Shown: one piece after another, positions 37,901 through 50,000 of the stretch
How the letters are laid out: every line of letters begins with the position of its first letter
Numbering within the stretch: the stretch's first letter is position 1
Origin: Takakia lepidozioides
Lineage: Eukaryota; Plantae; Bryophyta
Assembly (NCBI GenBank): GCA_030704615.1
Contig: CM060732.1
Coordinates: 70,494,001-70,558,000, forward strand
DNA: 64,000 nt
Direction: 5' to 3'
The notes under the pieces: generated by a model
The model's input: only the letters and a program-made list of their open reading frames with translations
Databases searched by the model: none
What the model was told of the DNA's origin: nothing
Translations under genes and position numbers: made by a program

Positions 37901-40900
37901 TTGTCAATCTATACAAGAAGGGTGACAGAGAAGAACCGGGGATCTACTGTGGCATCACGCTCCTCAATGCTGTTGGCAAGACATTCTGCAGAGTTATAAG
38001 TACTCGTCTCGAGTTTGATCTGGAGTCTAGAGGTTGTTTCCACGAAGGCCAAGCTGGCTTTCGGCGAAACAGGGGCTGTGTGGATCATATCTTCACTCTA
38101 AGCCAGATTATCCAGGGAAGGAAAAAAGAAGGGAAACCCACTTATGTCTTTTTCCTGGATGTCAAAAAGGCTTATGACACAGTGTGGAGAGATGGCCTAT
38201 GGTTCCGCCTCTGGTCTTGTGGGATCAAGGGAAAGATGTGGAGAGTTGTCCACAACTTGTATGCTCACACCAAAAGCTGTGTCACTGTTAACGGACAGAA
38301 GTCCAACTTCTTTGACATAGACCAAGGTGTAGCTCAAGGATGTACTCTCTCCCCTCTGCTCTTCAATGTTTTCATCAATCAACTCCTCGAGGATGTGGAA
38401 AGTGAGGGATTTGGGTTAAGGGTGGGTGATACCACCATACCAGCCCTTATGTTTGCGGATGACTTCGCAGGCATAGGGGAGACTCCAACCAATCTCCAGG
38501 AGTTGATTGATTGCGCGAAGAGATACTTTGATCTTTGGGGGCTAGAGGCTAATGTCAGCAAATGTGCAGTGGTAGCATTCAACGACAGAGGAGAGGGAGG
38601 AAGTGATCTTAAGTGGCAGTGGGGTAGCCAAGAGATCCCGGTCCTCCCTTCCTACACTTACCTGGGCGTTGAGTTCTCCTCCAATTGTAATTGGGATGCA
38701 CATATCCGGAAAGTTGTTCAAACTGGCAAGGGCAAAGCTCTGGGGCTCACTAAATTTTTCCACTGCAGAGGGGTCAACTCTGAGGTTAAGAAAACCATGC
38801 TTTGTCGCGTTATTAGACCTGCCTTGGAGTACGGATCTGCTATATGGGTTGATAACTCCAACCAGGCTAAGTCTCTAGAATCCATTCAAGTGGGGGTGCT
38901 TAAGGAGTGTATGTCAGCATGCTCCAAAACAGCCAATGTGGCTGTTCGGGGTGAGTTTGGCATTCCGTCCTTAAGCTCCCGACGAGATGAATTCAAGGTC
39001 AGATGGTGGGGTCAGCTGCAACATATGCCCAACACCAGATATCCTAAGTTAATCGACTCTATATCTTGGAAACAGGACCGCCCTGTCAAACAGGCTAAGT
39101 CCTGGCAGAAGAGAGTAGAAGAGATCCTCAAGGACCTGGACCTGGATCCGCAAGTCTTGACCCTGCTGGATAAATCTGACTTAGAGGCTGTAGTGTCCTC
39201 AGCCATGTCTGTTGCCATGAGATTGTCTGATGAAAATGAAGTTAGGCAGAAAACTTCCCTGAACTTGTTTCCAGTCGGTGACATGGGGGAGGACATCTTG
39301 GATAACCTCAAGGGTCTACCCACTCTCGGCACTAGACTGAAATTTAAACTCAGGGCAGGAAGCCTACCTTTGAACAGCAAACAGAAGCAGAGAGGAAAGG
39401 GAGAGTGCAATTGCCCGTTGTGTGGGCAATCTGAAGACAGTATTCATTTTCTGATACACTGTCCGGGGTTCTCTCACCAAAGAGACGCTCTCTTCAAATC
39501 TATTAAGGGAATTGTGCCTGTACCCCTGTTTACCAACTTTGAAAGTCTCGAGGCTGAGCCAAAAGCCCAGGCCCTCCTGAGGCCTAGTTTTTGGGCAAAT
39601 CACACACAGCAGATTGATGCTTGTGTGAAGGGATTTATAGAGGATATCTGGAAAACCCGGATTAATTCTTTATATGGAGGTAAGTCTTACTACCAACGTC
39701 AGCCCCTGACAGAGGTAGGTTCTGTCCCTTTTGTTCCCGCTCAAACTGGGCGCGGGGTCAATGGCCACAAGGCTACGGCAAACAACGTCTTACGAGTACA
39801 ATCTCGGGTATGATTTTCAAGTGGTCTTATGAATCTAGTGTTCACTGCAGGGCAATGGATGGTTAATTTCCTCAGCTTGTTGGTTTGGTATGGCAGGAAC
39901 AAAAGTGGCTGATTGGCATCATCTTCATGGTGCCTGTCTACAGCTTAACCTCGGTAATTATCATCCAATACTTTCCAAAGGCACACTTATGTTGAGGGAG
40001 AAAAGAAGACTGTCAGGAGTTCATAGGTTTCATAGTAGGTGTTCAATTGTGGTTTGGCTTGTTCTGCATTTCAGTCCGGTGGTCTGGTCATGCTTATCAT
40101 GCACGGTTCAGCATAGTTTGATTGTGCGTGCTTGTTTGTGTTTTCCTAATGGAGGAGAGGTGGAAGAAAGGAAGGGGTTGCATAGGGGAGGTAGCTACCT
40201 TGTACAACAGGGTTAAATGGTCAACAAGTTCTCATTTGCTCTCCGATGGAGTAGGTTGCAGTTTCTATCGTTATGGAGCCCGGCAATTTCAAGACCTTGC
40301 AATACATTTGGCGATTGCTATGAGGCCTTTGCCATGTATTCTTTCGGTTGCTACCTCATTGCCTGCCTAGGTATGTGCCTGTCATGCGTGCATCCGAAGC
40401 AAATGGGTACGTCTGGTCTTTGGGCACATTGTTGAGAAGCTGACATCAACTGGTTGTTTCAACCACGAGGATTTTCTGATATGAAGTTTGTAACCAAAAA
40501 GCATGGATGTTTTATCTCTTCTGCCTGCATAAAGCAAATAAGTATCTAACAATATCTGGCTCCCATTTTCAATGTATCATCCATCAGTGTTTCAAACAGA
40601 AGTGGCTTTAGCCATCTAATCAATAAGAACAGTGTTCATTTCAACACCGCTGCTGACAATTTGGACACACATGTGAGGGTACCGACACTGTCAGTAACCA
40701 AGAGCACAGAGAGAGGGGCATTGCTTGCCCAGTATTTTAGGTGGCAGCCTTGTAATGATGGGTCCCATGCTACTATAAGACTTTGTGGTAGATTGTGGGT
40801 TTTTCTGCCCTTGAATTAGTGCGCAGAGTCATTGATCCACCGGTTTTTGGAAAGCAATGCATGCTGTAATCCGCATTCTTTTTGAGTCTCTGTGCAGGGG

Positions 40901-43401
40901 AAGAGGACATGGCAGTTGAAAAGTTGGCGAGACAAGGGTCGTTGGGTTCTCAAACTCCTCTGCTGAATGGACATTTGCGGAAACATATGGTGTATCATCC
41001 AATTCCACTCAGATGGTGTATTGAGCCCTGGGAACTTGGTCGGCCATTCTATGACATAGCCAAATTTGGTATTGTGCAATATGTAAGTTTCTCTGTAAGT
41101 GCAAAGCTTTAGTATTTTGGATGAATTCCTCTAAGTTCTCTCTGTAACAGCTGGTTTGGTAACAATGATGGCCACGGTCAACAGATGATATTGAAGACAG
41201 TGTGCTCCTGGCTGGCACTGCTGCTGGAAGAACTTGGTTCATATAAGGATGGTGAATTCGATTGGTCTACAGGGTAAGTCGAGTTATTACTGCTTGACCC
41301 ATTCCCCTGCAGGTCTCTGTCTCCTTCAGAGTTTGTTTCTTGCTTTCTGGCTATGTTGATTGGCTCTGCTTGCTGGGGACTTACAAAAGTTGATACCAGC
41401 ACTATGTGTGTTTCATGTGCATGCTAGTCTCACAATAAGTTTTGGGGTTTGCAGGTATCCATACATAGTTCTGGTGCTCAACTTTAGCCAGATGTGGGCT
41501 CTCTATTGTCTCGTGCAGTTTTACCAAGTGACGAAGCAGGAACTTCATGAGATCAACCCGTTGGCCAAATTTTTGTGCTTCAAGGCAGTTGTATTTGTGA
41601 CATGGTGGCAGGGAGTGATCATTGCCTTAATTTTTTCTTCAGGCCTGGCATTTCAGTGGTTTTCAAGTGAAGCAATCTTGGCCGGGCATCTCAAGAACGG
41701 CCTCCAGGATTTCATTATTTGTATTGAAGTAAACTCGTGCTGCCCAACTCCCTCTGATCCTCCCTCCTTTCTCCATTTACCTTGAAGAAGTCCCTGGCTT
41801 ACCTGGACCATTCCCTAGCTGCCAAGAAAATTCTGTGAGTCTGCACTGAAGTGCAAAGATACGAAGAAGTGATGCCTTAGCATTTAATGAACTCTTGGAT
41901 CAGTTCCAAGAGCCAAGACTATGGCTGCCATCGTTATCTGGACTTTTACTACTGGTCTCATGAACATTTCAGGGAGGTCAAAGCAAGGGCCTGCACAATT
42001 CAGCCTAGATATCTAAATGACAAATACTTTCTCAGCTGGCAATTCAGCCTATCTTCTTGGGACAAGTGATTAAAAGTTGCATACAAAGATAAAAACATGG
42101 CTGTGGCTTGAGAAGATCTGAATGGGATAAGTTGCCAAATCCTCAGATCGTCTGTACCTCCAAAAATGTGTATAACCCTGAAGTCAAGGGGTCCAGGGCA
42201 AAACTGATTCTATTGGGTTGTGTTCTCATTCTCAGATGGCAATTGCAGCTGTTGCACATGTTTTTGTCTATCCAGCAACGCCATATCAAAGGGTGGGCAA
42301 CAAGGAGCAGAGTTCGAATAGCTTCGGAATTATTACTGAAGCAGTGGATCAAAGCAATGACTTAGCCACACCCAGTGTGAAAGAGAGTATGCGAGATGTT
42401 GTATTTGGAGGCGGTGGGCAAGTAAGCTTTGCTGCTTTGCCCTTTTGATCATTGTTGGTTTTATGTCTGTGTCCGACCTCAGATCAGTCAACAGATCATC
42501 GATCAGGCGTGCCTCATGTCAATAATGTCACTTGATTTGATTTAGAGAGAACCCAAGAGGAGTCCCATTACCATTTTCAAGTTGGGACGTTGTAGACTCT
42601 TGAGGTAAAGTATTGTGCAGTTGACTTCTGCTCTTTAGCAAATCAGTGGTGGAGATCTTGTTAGTACGATTTCCCCATTCCAAAGTAGCATATTCTCTAG
42701 CCATCGAAAGCAGCAACAGGTTAACATCACCTGGAAGGAACAGCCACTTTGAGATAATTTTCTTGGTAGGAATTCAGCATCAGTCCATAGACATTGAAAC
42801 CAGTAGCTGGTTAATCATCACAAAATCTGCAGCTTGATCTGCATTTGATGTCACAGGATGGCAAGTTTTGATGCTGATCCATCTTAGTTATATTGGATGA
42901 GAGTGCAACGCAATTGTCAGGCTGCACCCTGAGGCTGACATCAAATGATGCAGCCAACTCAACTTCGTTGCAGAACCCCACTTTCATGTACTCTATGGAT
43001 TTGATAGAAAACTCACTTCGCAACGCTGAAGAACGTGTACATGGCAGGTTGTGGAGGACGTGAAAATCACCATGTCTCAAGCAGTTGAGCCTTTCGAGAC
43101 GGGTATCACAATGATCCATGAAACATTTCATGAGACAATCCAATCATGGGGCGGCAAGCACAAGAAAATGATAACTGAAGAAGAGACATATCTCATAAAG
43201 GGTGAGGATGATTCTCGTGGCAACGAAGAGGCAGGAATTCTGAAAACACAGGTAGTTTTGGAAGATAGCAGTGGAGACACCGAATGTTCCCTGGGAAGCA
43301 ATCACAGCTGCTACGGAGGGGTTGTAGGAAAAGAAATTACAGAGACGTCCTGCAAAACTGAGAGCAGAGGGTTCGATTCTTCTCTTCTCAAAAGGTCCTG
43401 A
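34219..43401 (+). CDS. LAZ1/TMEM184 (OST-alpha/DUF300) family membrane protein, 8 exons
   Basis: Exons ~34219-34362, 39897-39953 (EQKWLIGIIFMVPVYS), 40262-40370 (DCYEAFAMYSFGCYLIACLG), ~40898-41082 (KFGIVQY), ~41185-41272, 41455-41728 (LNFSQMWALYCLVQFY, KFLCFKAVVFVTWWQG), 42236-42421 (MAIAAVAHVFVYPA) and ~43048-43401. Confidence 0.88.
34934..34995. repeat. (CT)n microsatellite
   Basis: About 30 CT units immediately upstream of the LINE. Confidence 0.95.
35252..36235 (+). CDS. LINE ORF1-like protein with three 40-aa (120-bp) tandem repeats
   Basis: Open frame of 327 codons, first ATG at 35411. Contains an SNRFDAL motif and the repeat PKC.EPER..TEGFGTLNGLPILKVYTRR x3. Confidence 0.6.
   Translation: MGSGWFLCLNLWPAKTIKNLAPININTPRGDPWELVTYAKSRASCVVFGVNPRMDDVSFKTTCSSLGLDFMANGTISRLDNRGMLKVAMTKSASNRVPHQFNLKEVRPLTGWRAVLDIGDSMGCSRKTTKGNNFNLRVSNRFDALDEVESKQPEGQDAPKCTEPERPESEGFGTLNGLPILKVYTRRTNSIHGVIVPKPSDGQSVPKCAEPERRVTEGFGTLNGLPILKVYTRRAKSIHGVIVPKQSDGQSAPMCAEPVRRVTERFGTLNGLPILKVYTRRAKSTHGVTVPLCRTVGRPGAITSYLDDKQFTRKGLACGWPLSTSQG
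36127..39813 (+). CDS. LINE ORF2: AP endonuclease, reverse transcriptase and C-terminal zinc motif
   Basis: APE motifs ATFN, QETW, LLGDFNAR, SIVDYI and SDH. RT motifs QAGFR, FLDVKKAYD, GVAQGCTLSPLLF, FADD and YLGV. C-terminal CPLC...EDSIHFLIHC. Confidence 0.93.
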   Translation: MQNGWPSRSNHKLPRRQTIHTQRAGLRLATFNFSGLTNQRKQLEVGQVLRTNDIHICAGQETWETSDKLVGDVIGYKWAGKMCTLKAASAKRGQKGVGFFVRDFLFDNCEIINKGLRYEHSIWLKLNLKGGMSTKDLFVGCVYMPTEGTLSADADKAFEDVKLDCASFLAKGQVVLLGDFNARVGKGIHQDDIIGPFGEDELNSNGRRLINCLEELQLLTLNNRTRGDQVQWTREKPQTGERSIVDYIIMDKILFPQCANVLIDRTDIGTSDHFLVWTEIKRCFPTTKRSVKRSIRKWRIEKFHNEEVKAEYVQALQEALPHFVQSLQELQSRSVNARNEVERAVDSWESFVSSVADKIIGRKLIVCGRAVNWWTNEIKLKIAERRALYKECCNLETNRELWARYYQLRKDINQLVRSQKKLYWDKLYSEINSNHHGGNDKKFWLALQRLYKPKNGQQVQALKTTKGAVVTSSVDIVKTFETHYSILSRTSRSNSEGSSAEWRDTVGKTVPMIQNSPDELEYISMAYNAPISSSEIVEAIEHLNGYKAGGPDGIVNELIKHGGDPMIEALVLLFNLIWKTEMIPFRWRQGVIVNLYKKGDREEPGIYCGITLLNAVGKTFCRVISTRLEFDLESRGCFHEGQAGFRRNRGCVDHIFTLSQIIQGRKKEGKPTYVFFLDVKKAYDTVWRDGLWFRLWSCGIKGKMWRVVHNLYAHTKSCVTVNGQKSNFFDIDQGVAQGCTLSPLLFNVFINQLLEDVESEGFGLRVGDTTIPALMFADDFAGIGETPTNLQELIDCAKRYFDLWGLEANVSKCAVVAFNDRGEGGSDLKWQWGSQEIPVLPSYTYLGVEFSSNCNWDAHIRKVVQTGKGKALGLTKFFHCRGVNSEVKKTMLCRVIRPALEYGSAIWVDNSNQAKSLESIQVGVLKECMSACSKTANVAVRGEFGIPSLSSRRDEFKVRWWGQLQHMPNTRYPKLIDSISWKQDRPVKQAKSWQKRVEEILKDLDLDPQVLTLLDKSDLEAVVSSAMSVAMRLSDENEVRQKTSLNLFPVGDMGEDILDNLKGLPTLGTRLKFKLRAGSLPLNSKQKQRGKGECNCPLCGQSEDSIHFLIHCPGFSHQRDALFKSIKGIVPVPLFTNFESLEAEPKAQALLRPSFWANHTQQIDACVKGFIEDIWKTRINSLYGGKSYYQRQPLTEVGSVPFVPAQTGRGVNGHKATANNVLRVQSRV

Positions 43402-43607
43402 GGAGGGAGTAATCTCTTAATACACAGGAGTGGACTGGAGGATAGCAGGAACAGCAAGAGCTAGGACAGGAGTTTTCTCAACTTCATTCATGTATCCAAC
43501 CCATTTGTGCGAAGGTGACTGGATTGCAGTTTGTCACTAAAAGCTAGACTAGGTATTCCCATTTGAACGATGATGTTGTTGCTTGTTATTGCTTGTTTCA
43601 TTTATCA

Positions 43608-45992
43608 TCACCAATAGTCCCCACAAGAACACACCCCATTCTTGAAGTGATGGAACCGGCTGGCATCCCTTGCAACAATTTCTCGCCCAACAATTTTGGA
43701 TATAAACTTGGTAGCAGTATGGCAATCGCCACATACTCTAAGGTTCTTCATTATGCGAATAGGCGTACCAGGGGGCGTGCTCAGAAGCCCAAAGGCAATG
43801 GCCAGCTTTTCACTGTGATGGCAGAGAGCCTGTTCCTTTGTCTGCTGATCCACATCATGCAAGACACATTTTGTGTTGGGCAGATATCCTGCCTGCCTCA
43901 TCTTCCTATTTAATCTATCCAACTCGGCATATATGTCCTGTGTTTGTGGGTGTGATCTATCATCTACGCAAAATGTGTGTACCTTGTTCTTGACCTCAAT
44001 CCAGCTGCGCCCTGGCTCCTTCTTCACACATCTGTGCTCCATTGCTGTTCTTACCTTCGCAATATCGTTCCACCTGCCAGCTGCAGCGTAGATGTTTGAA
44101 AGCAATACATACACTCCAGCATTTTGCGGATTCAACTTGAGGATACATTCTGCAGCTCTTTCTGCTAGCACTACGTTGCCATGGATTCTGCAGGCACCAA
44201 GTAAGGCCCCCCACACTGGAGCATCTGGTTTAAATGGCATGGTGTTGATAAACTCCTCTGCCTCATCCAATCGCCCTGAACGGCCAAGAAGGTCAACCAT
44301 ACAACTGTAATGCTTTTCTGTTGGTGTGATGCCATGCTCTCGACTCATGGAGAGGAAATAGTGATGGCCTTCATCCACCAGGCCCATATGGCTGCATGCA
44401 GAGAGCACTCCAATAAATGTGACATCATTTGGTTTTACCCTTTCCCGGAGCATCTGTTGAAATAGTTGCAGGGCTTCCTTGCCATGCCCATGCTGAGCAT
44501 ATCCGGTGATAATTGCAGTCCAGGAGATCACATTGCGTTGTGCAATTTTATCAAACACTTGCTGTGCATCCTGCATGCTCCCACACTTGGCGTACATGTC
44601 GACAAGGGCATTCCCCACTCGGTCATCTGACTCGCATCCAGCTTTGAGAACATGTCCATGTACCCACTTACCCTCTTCCAGGGCTGTTAGGCTGGCACAA
44701 CCACCAAGGATGCTCATGAAAGTGACCCCATCAGGCTTCATGCCTTCCTTTTGCATTTGCTGAAAGATCTCTAATGCCTGAGCACCATGCCCTTGCTGAG
44801 CAAATCCTGCTATCATTGAATTCCATGAGATCAAATCTCGCTTGGGCAACTTGTCAAAAACACTACATGCATCCACCACACTTCCACACCTGTAATACAT
44901 GCTGACAAGGGCATTCCCCACTCGTGTATCTGACTCAAATCCAGCTTTGAAGATGGCTGCATGGAGCCGCTTCCCCTGTTCTAGAGCATCTGGACTGGAG
45001 CATGCATTGAGGATGCTGATAAACGTCACCACATTTCTTTCAGGCATTTTGCCAAACACTTGGTGTGCATCCACCACACTCCTGCACTTGCAATACATGC
45101 TTACCAGGGCATTCCCTACTGTGACATCTGACTCAAATCCAGCTTTGATGATGCACGCATGGAGCCACTTGCCCTCTTCCAGAGCTAGTGGGTTTGCACA
45201 TGAGTTTAGGATGCTGATGAAAGTGACCTTGTTTGGATTGATGCCTTCACGTTGCATTCGCCGAAAGAGTTCAAAAGCCTCATGGCCATGGCCATGCCGA
45301 GCGTATCCTGCAATCATCGCATTCCACGAGATCACATCTCGCTTAAGCATCGTGTCAAACAAGAGGCGCGCATCCACCACACTCCCGCACTTGCAATACA
45401 TGGAGACAAGCGCAGTTCCAACTCGGACATCTGATTCTAATCCAGCTTCGATGATGTACGCATGAAGCCGCTTGCCCTCTTCCAGGCCAACCGGGCTGGC
45501 ACATGCACTGAGAATGCTCATGAAGGTGATCTTGTTTGGCTTCACGCCTTCCCATTGCATTTGCCAAAAGAGTGCCAATGCCTTGTCAGCTAGTCCTTGC
45601 TGAGCTAACCCTGCAATCATCGCAGTCCATGAGATCACATTCCGTTTGGGCATCTTGTCAAACACTTGGAGAGCATCCACGACAATCCCGCACTTCACAT
45701 ACATGCTAACAAGGGTGTTTGACAGGAAGATGTCTGGCTCGAATCCACTTTTAATGATGTGGGCATGGACCTCCTTGCCGTCTGACAAGGCCTTGGCTTT
45801 AGTACACCCCTGCAAAAGACGAGCACAGGTTTCCGAATATTCCTGAAAGCCTCGTTGCTGTATCACATCCAATATGCGCACTGTCTCCTTCAATCGCATC
45901 TCCTTACACGCTGTGCTCACCTCGCCACCACTCTCCCAAGCTTTCCTGCAGACTCTCCTTGCCACTGTAAGTTTTTTCTTTCCACTCCACAA
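43608..45992 (-). CDS. PLS-class PPR protein with E1-E2-DYW (PG-type) domain
   Basis: 794-codon frame with first ATG at 45899. PLS motifs, KKEPGRSWIEV, HHSEKLA, CGDCH and CSCGDYW. Confidence 0.93.
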   Translation of the reverse strand: MWSGKKKLTVARRVCRKAWESGGEVSTACKEMRLKETVRILDVIQQRGFQEYSETCARLLQGCTKAKALSDGKEVHAHIIKSGFEPDIFLSNTLVSMYVKCGIVVDALQVFDKMPKRNVISWTAMIAGLAQQGLADKALALFWQMQWEGVKPNKITFMSILSACASPVGLEEGKRLHAYIIEAGLESDVRVGTALVSMYCKCGSVVDARLLFDTMLKRDVISWNAMIAGYARHGHGHEAFELFRRMQREGINPNKVTFISILNSCANPLALEEGKWLHACIIKAGFESDVTVGNALVSMYCKCRSVVDAHQVFGKMPERNVVTFISILNACSSPDALEQGKRLHAAIFKAGFESDTRVGNALVSMYYRCGSVVDACSVFDKLPKRDLISWNSMIAGFAQQGHGAQALEIFQQMQKEGMKPDGVTFMSILGGCASLTALEEGKWVHGHVLKAGCESDDRVGNALVDMYAKCGSMQDAQQVFDKIAQRNVISWTAIITGYAQHGHGKEALQLFQQMLRERVKPNDVTFIGVLSACSHMGLVDEGHHYFLSMSREHGITPTEKHYSCMVDLLGRSGRLDEAEEFINTMPFKPDAPVWGALLGACRIHGNVVLAERAAECILKLNPQNAGVYVLLSNIYAAAGRWNDIAKVRTAMEHRCVKKEPGRSWIEVKNKVHTFCVDDRSHPQTQDIYAELDRLNRKMRQAGYLPNTKCVLHDVDQQTKEQALCHHSEKLAIAFGLLSTPPGTPIRIMKNLRVCGDCHTATKFISKIVGREIVARDASRFHHFKNGVCSCGDYW

Positions 45993-47022
45993 GAATTACT
46001 GCTGCTGCGGCCACAAATACCCTTCTCTCTCGCCTGATGTCCAACAACCCGCTGGGTCCTATTCCTGATACGAAATCCCGCAACCCTGCATGATGCACAA
46101 TCACAATTTCATATGTGCATCTCTAGACCTTTTGTGAAAGCTTCACACGCAGAACAGTTCTGACCTAAATGCTCACAGGATGGAATTCTGATGCGGTTTG
46201 CACAACACACGAGATGGGCGGAAGTGCAGCATACCCAGCATTCCCGAGCCTTCTTTGAAAACCCATTACGACGATACCAACTCCCCCATGCGATGAAGCA
46301 TGATGAACACACAAGTAACATTTTCAGCCACTATCTCACTTCCCACCAAACTGACGGGCATTTGCAATTCTTTCATCATGAGGACTTGCAGCGCTCCGAA
46401 TTGCATCAAACACCGTTTCAGCAAGACTGAGACCTCTGACTGCATTAAAGATTTTGCAAGTGCTCTATAGCATTACCTCCTTGGAGATCGGTGTTTCCAC
46501 CGAAAGTTAGTTTGTAGACCGCTGTGAATCTCTTTCAGCTGTTACTCTTTAGGCTTGTATCTCCTGCAGTGATTATCGTGTTGGAATGAATTGAAATTGG
46601 GTCTTTGTAATTGGAGGTTGGTGCATTCAGTTTACAAACACATTATAAGACGAATGTGAAAGGTGATGATGTCCGTCAGAAGCGACAATCTTAGGAAGAA
46701 AAAATGTTAGCAGTGGAAGAATGATGGTGACTCTATTCTTCTACAGCCCTTTGGTTTTGTGGTTTTACAGTTTGTTCGTGACTGGTTCCTTCTTTGTCCC
46801 TTCGGCCCTTTGGGCCTCTCGCTCTGTGTGTATGTCTCTCGCTCTAAGAATAAAGTAATTTTTCTACCAACCCAAAGATGTGACAGAATACAGCAACCAG
46901 AGGAGCTTGCATCTCCAGAGGAGGTAATGTGGGTGTCAACGTGCAGTGGTTGTGTGGATATCCAATCCACTGTGCTGCTGTGCCCCCACGGACTGGACTG
47001 TTTGGTAGGGACAAAAATGAAT

Positions 47023-50000
47023 TCAAGGATTGTCTCTGCGAAGCCTCTGTTCTTCCACCATCAGCTCCTGCTTCTGTCTCTCCAGGGCAAAGACCTTCCA
47101 GCATGCACTATCATCCTGCTCCATTGAATATTGTGCAATCTTTTCATCTAAAAGTGCCGCCACTGCTGCTTGCTCTTTATGTATCTGTTCCTCATAGTTG
47201 CCAAATCCATAATTCATGAGGCATCGAAGCTCCATCATAATATGGATCCACTTCAGACAGTACTCTAACATCTCTTGATTCTCCAGACGAGTCTCCAGGC
47301 TCATCTCGTTTAATGGAGGGTCTTCCAATTTAATCTGCTCCAGTAAGTCATCCATAACCTACAAAGCCACATTCAACAACATTTGCCATGAGAAACAAGT
47401 CGTCAGAGTCCTGGAATAGCTGGCTCCAATGTTACAGTGTAGCAACACCAGGGACTACAAATAATCTTACTTGGCCACTGCAACCAAATCAAAATTCACA
47501 CAACTCACCTCTGGATCAGCGGTTCCTTGATCAAGGTTTTCCTCTCTAAGTTTCAGTTCCATGTCTGCTTTCTCGGCTCTTTCTTGCTCAAAATGCGCAT
47601 AGAAATTCTGCATCAGCATTTTAGCCAGTGGTCGACCAGATGACTCTGGCACAGTCTCAAAGACCTCTGCTACTGAATCAGTGAGGGCATAAAGTATTCG
47701 GTAAACAGCCACATGAAGAAGAGCTGTTTGATGAGGCGGAATTTGAGCTGATTGGATCAAATTGACCATCTCATCTCGCAGCTTGTTCCGTTGCTTTCCA
47801 TCCTGAATAATATCTATGCCTGCCAAAATACTGGCCACAGAGCCCTCCCATGGCATGTCTGCTGGTGGGAGGACAACCGGTGTTTCGATGACTTCAATAG
47901 CTTTTGGCTCTGGTGGAGTTTCATCAATAATCTTTGCAGATTTTTTTGGGGCCTTTTTATCAGATGACTTCGGGCCTTTGCCTTTCTCCACAGGAGGGGG
48001 AGGGGGGGTTGGCAGCGGCGGCGGCGGTGGTGGTGGCGGAGGTGGGGCCATTTCTTTCACAATTTTGGCGAGGTTCTCGAATTTGCTGTATATAGAAGGC
48101 ACAAAATAGATGGGAGGCTCCAAAGTGAGGTTGCTTTTGATGAAGGTGAATGCTTCAGCAGAGAACATGTACTGGCTATTTCTGATCTCTTCAGTTGGGC
48201 GAGATGCTTTGGCTGCTCTGTAAAGGACTGCCTCAAAGGCCTCATCAATTCCACGCATCATTTCCCGGTAATCCAACACCTTGGTAAATTTCTGTCGCAG
48301 TTTTCTGTTGCTCCAAACGCCATAACCAAACATGACATTTCATTCCCTTGTCAGCCCTCAGAAGATTGAGTGTATTTGTTCTTTTAGATTTCCTTCCTAC
48401 ATTTTATAATAATTGCTTTGGTGAGAGTACCAATTGGAATCTTGTTGAGTCCACAATAACTGCTAACCAGAGGACAGTCGACCAGTTCCCTGTTAAGCAA
48501 TCTCCTAGTAATGAGGACAATCCATGCCAACCAAGTAGTGTATACACATTACCCTTCTGGTAGCCAGGAAAATGGTTAACCAGCCAAAAAGGAGAAAATT
48601 TCAAGTTAAAAGCTCACATCACCCTTGAGACATACAGCAGCAGGAGGCCAATGCTGTCTGCAGGTGAGGGAGGGTCAGATAAGTGAGCCTCCGCAAAGCC
48701 CCACGCCCCTTACTATTGTGCTAAGGTAAGGGTGGTCACTACAGGCAATACTAGCACTGAAAGCCTTTCTGAAGGTGGTACATACAACCTGTATTGGTCC
48801 TCTGAGAGGGCCACACCTCTGAGGAAGAGAGGGTCCAAGCTCCAGGCTCCAGGCAACTTAGGAGTTATGTGTAGCACCCAGCTCTCCAAATACACTCCGG
48901 GCACATCTGACCTGAATGTGAAGACAAAGGTTTTTTTCTGTCCAGACAGTATACTCCCAGAACCATTCAGGACTGCAAATGCCCGACAATCTGTAATGTG
49001 CTTGCCTGCAAACCCCAACAACAAATACCCCAAGTGAGCTAGTGCCTCTTACTACTACTTTTTGTGGGTTGATTGACAAGAGCCCTGATCAGCATGTAGA
49101 CAGCAACCGTGTCCTCTGCTTTAGGAATCCTAGAAGGATCAGATTATGAGTCAAGCCACACAGCCACCCTAAACAAGGTCGGCAGACAGGAGAAAACAAC
49201 CTTGTGCCAGCCATTCCAGAGTTGTGGCCAGCCTAACCTTGTTGTGAGATTTGCAATCAGACCTAAACCTGAAGCATAAACCAAAACACGGTTGAGCAAG
49301 GACATCACTGCCTGTATTTCTAATACACAATGAGAACTGTGCTTGCCTCGAAGGCTAGCAATTACAGCTTGGAGAATAAATATACTTTTTGTCTCTATGC
49401 CTCTCCCTCCACTGAGAGAAACAGACACACCACCAGATTCTTCTGGCGGTAGGAGACAACTCTTGGACAATTGCAGAAAGAAATAAAGGCAAGGCATAAC
49501 CAACCTAAGGCCAATTTGCGGGTGGTTATAAGGGCCTCCATGGGCCTGCGTTCCCAGGTGTAAAACAGGGTAGTGCTGCCCAAATTCTCCAACAGCACTG
49601 TTTTGCTGGTTTGCCCTCCTACTCAAGCAAAACAAAATCGAATGATTGTACCTCATGCCGGATAATGGTTTCAGAGAACCTCTACTTTTGTCACTTGCTT
49701 TTCTAATTATAGGTCCCTCCCATGTCTTGTTCTCACGATGCGCCTATCAACAAGGATTGTGGATTGGAACCAATATAAGTAACATGACAAAACATTTCCA
49801 TCAGTGCACTTATCTCACTTGGATCGTTTTCCTTCCTGATTTTTGCAATTGAGACCCAGTGTTAGACCTGACAACAGAGATGATGTCTGAGTGGGATGCA
49901 CACCCGTTTTGCAAACACAAAAAAGCATGACAGGGCTCAGTAATGCTGCAGGGCCTGGCATTTCTCGTGGTCTCTGCACAAGACAATTGAGGTGATACAC

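Larger units (their letters stand above)
34996..39813 (+). mobile_element. Near full-length LINE (APE-RT, RTE/RTEX-like) in intron 1 of the LAZ1-like gene
   Basis: Structured 5' region, ORF1 and uninterrupted ORF2. Ends are approximate and no clear TSD was found. Confidence 0.85.
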
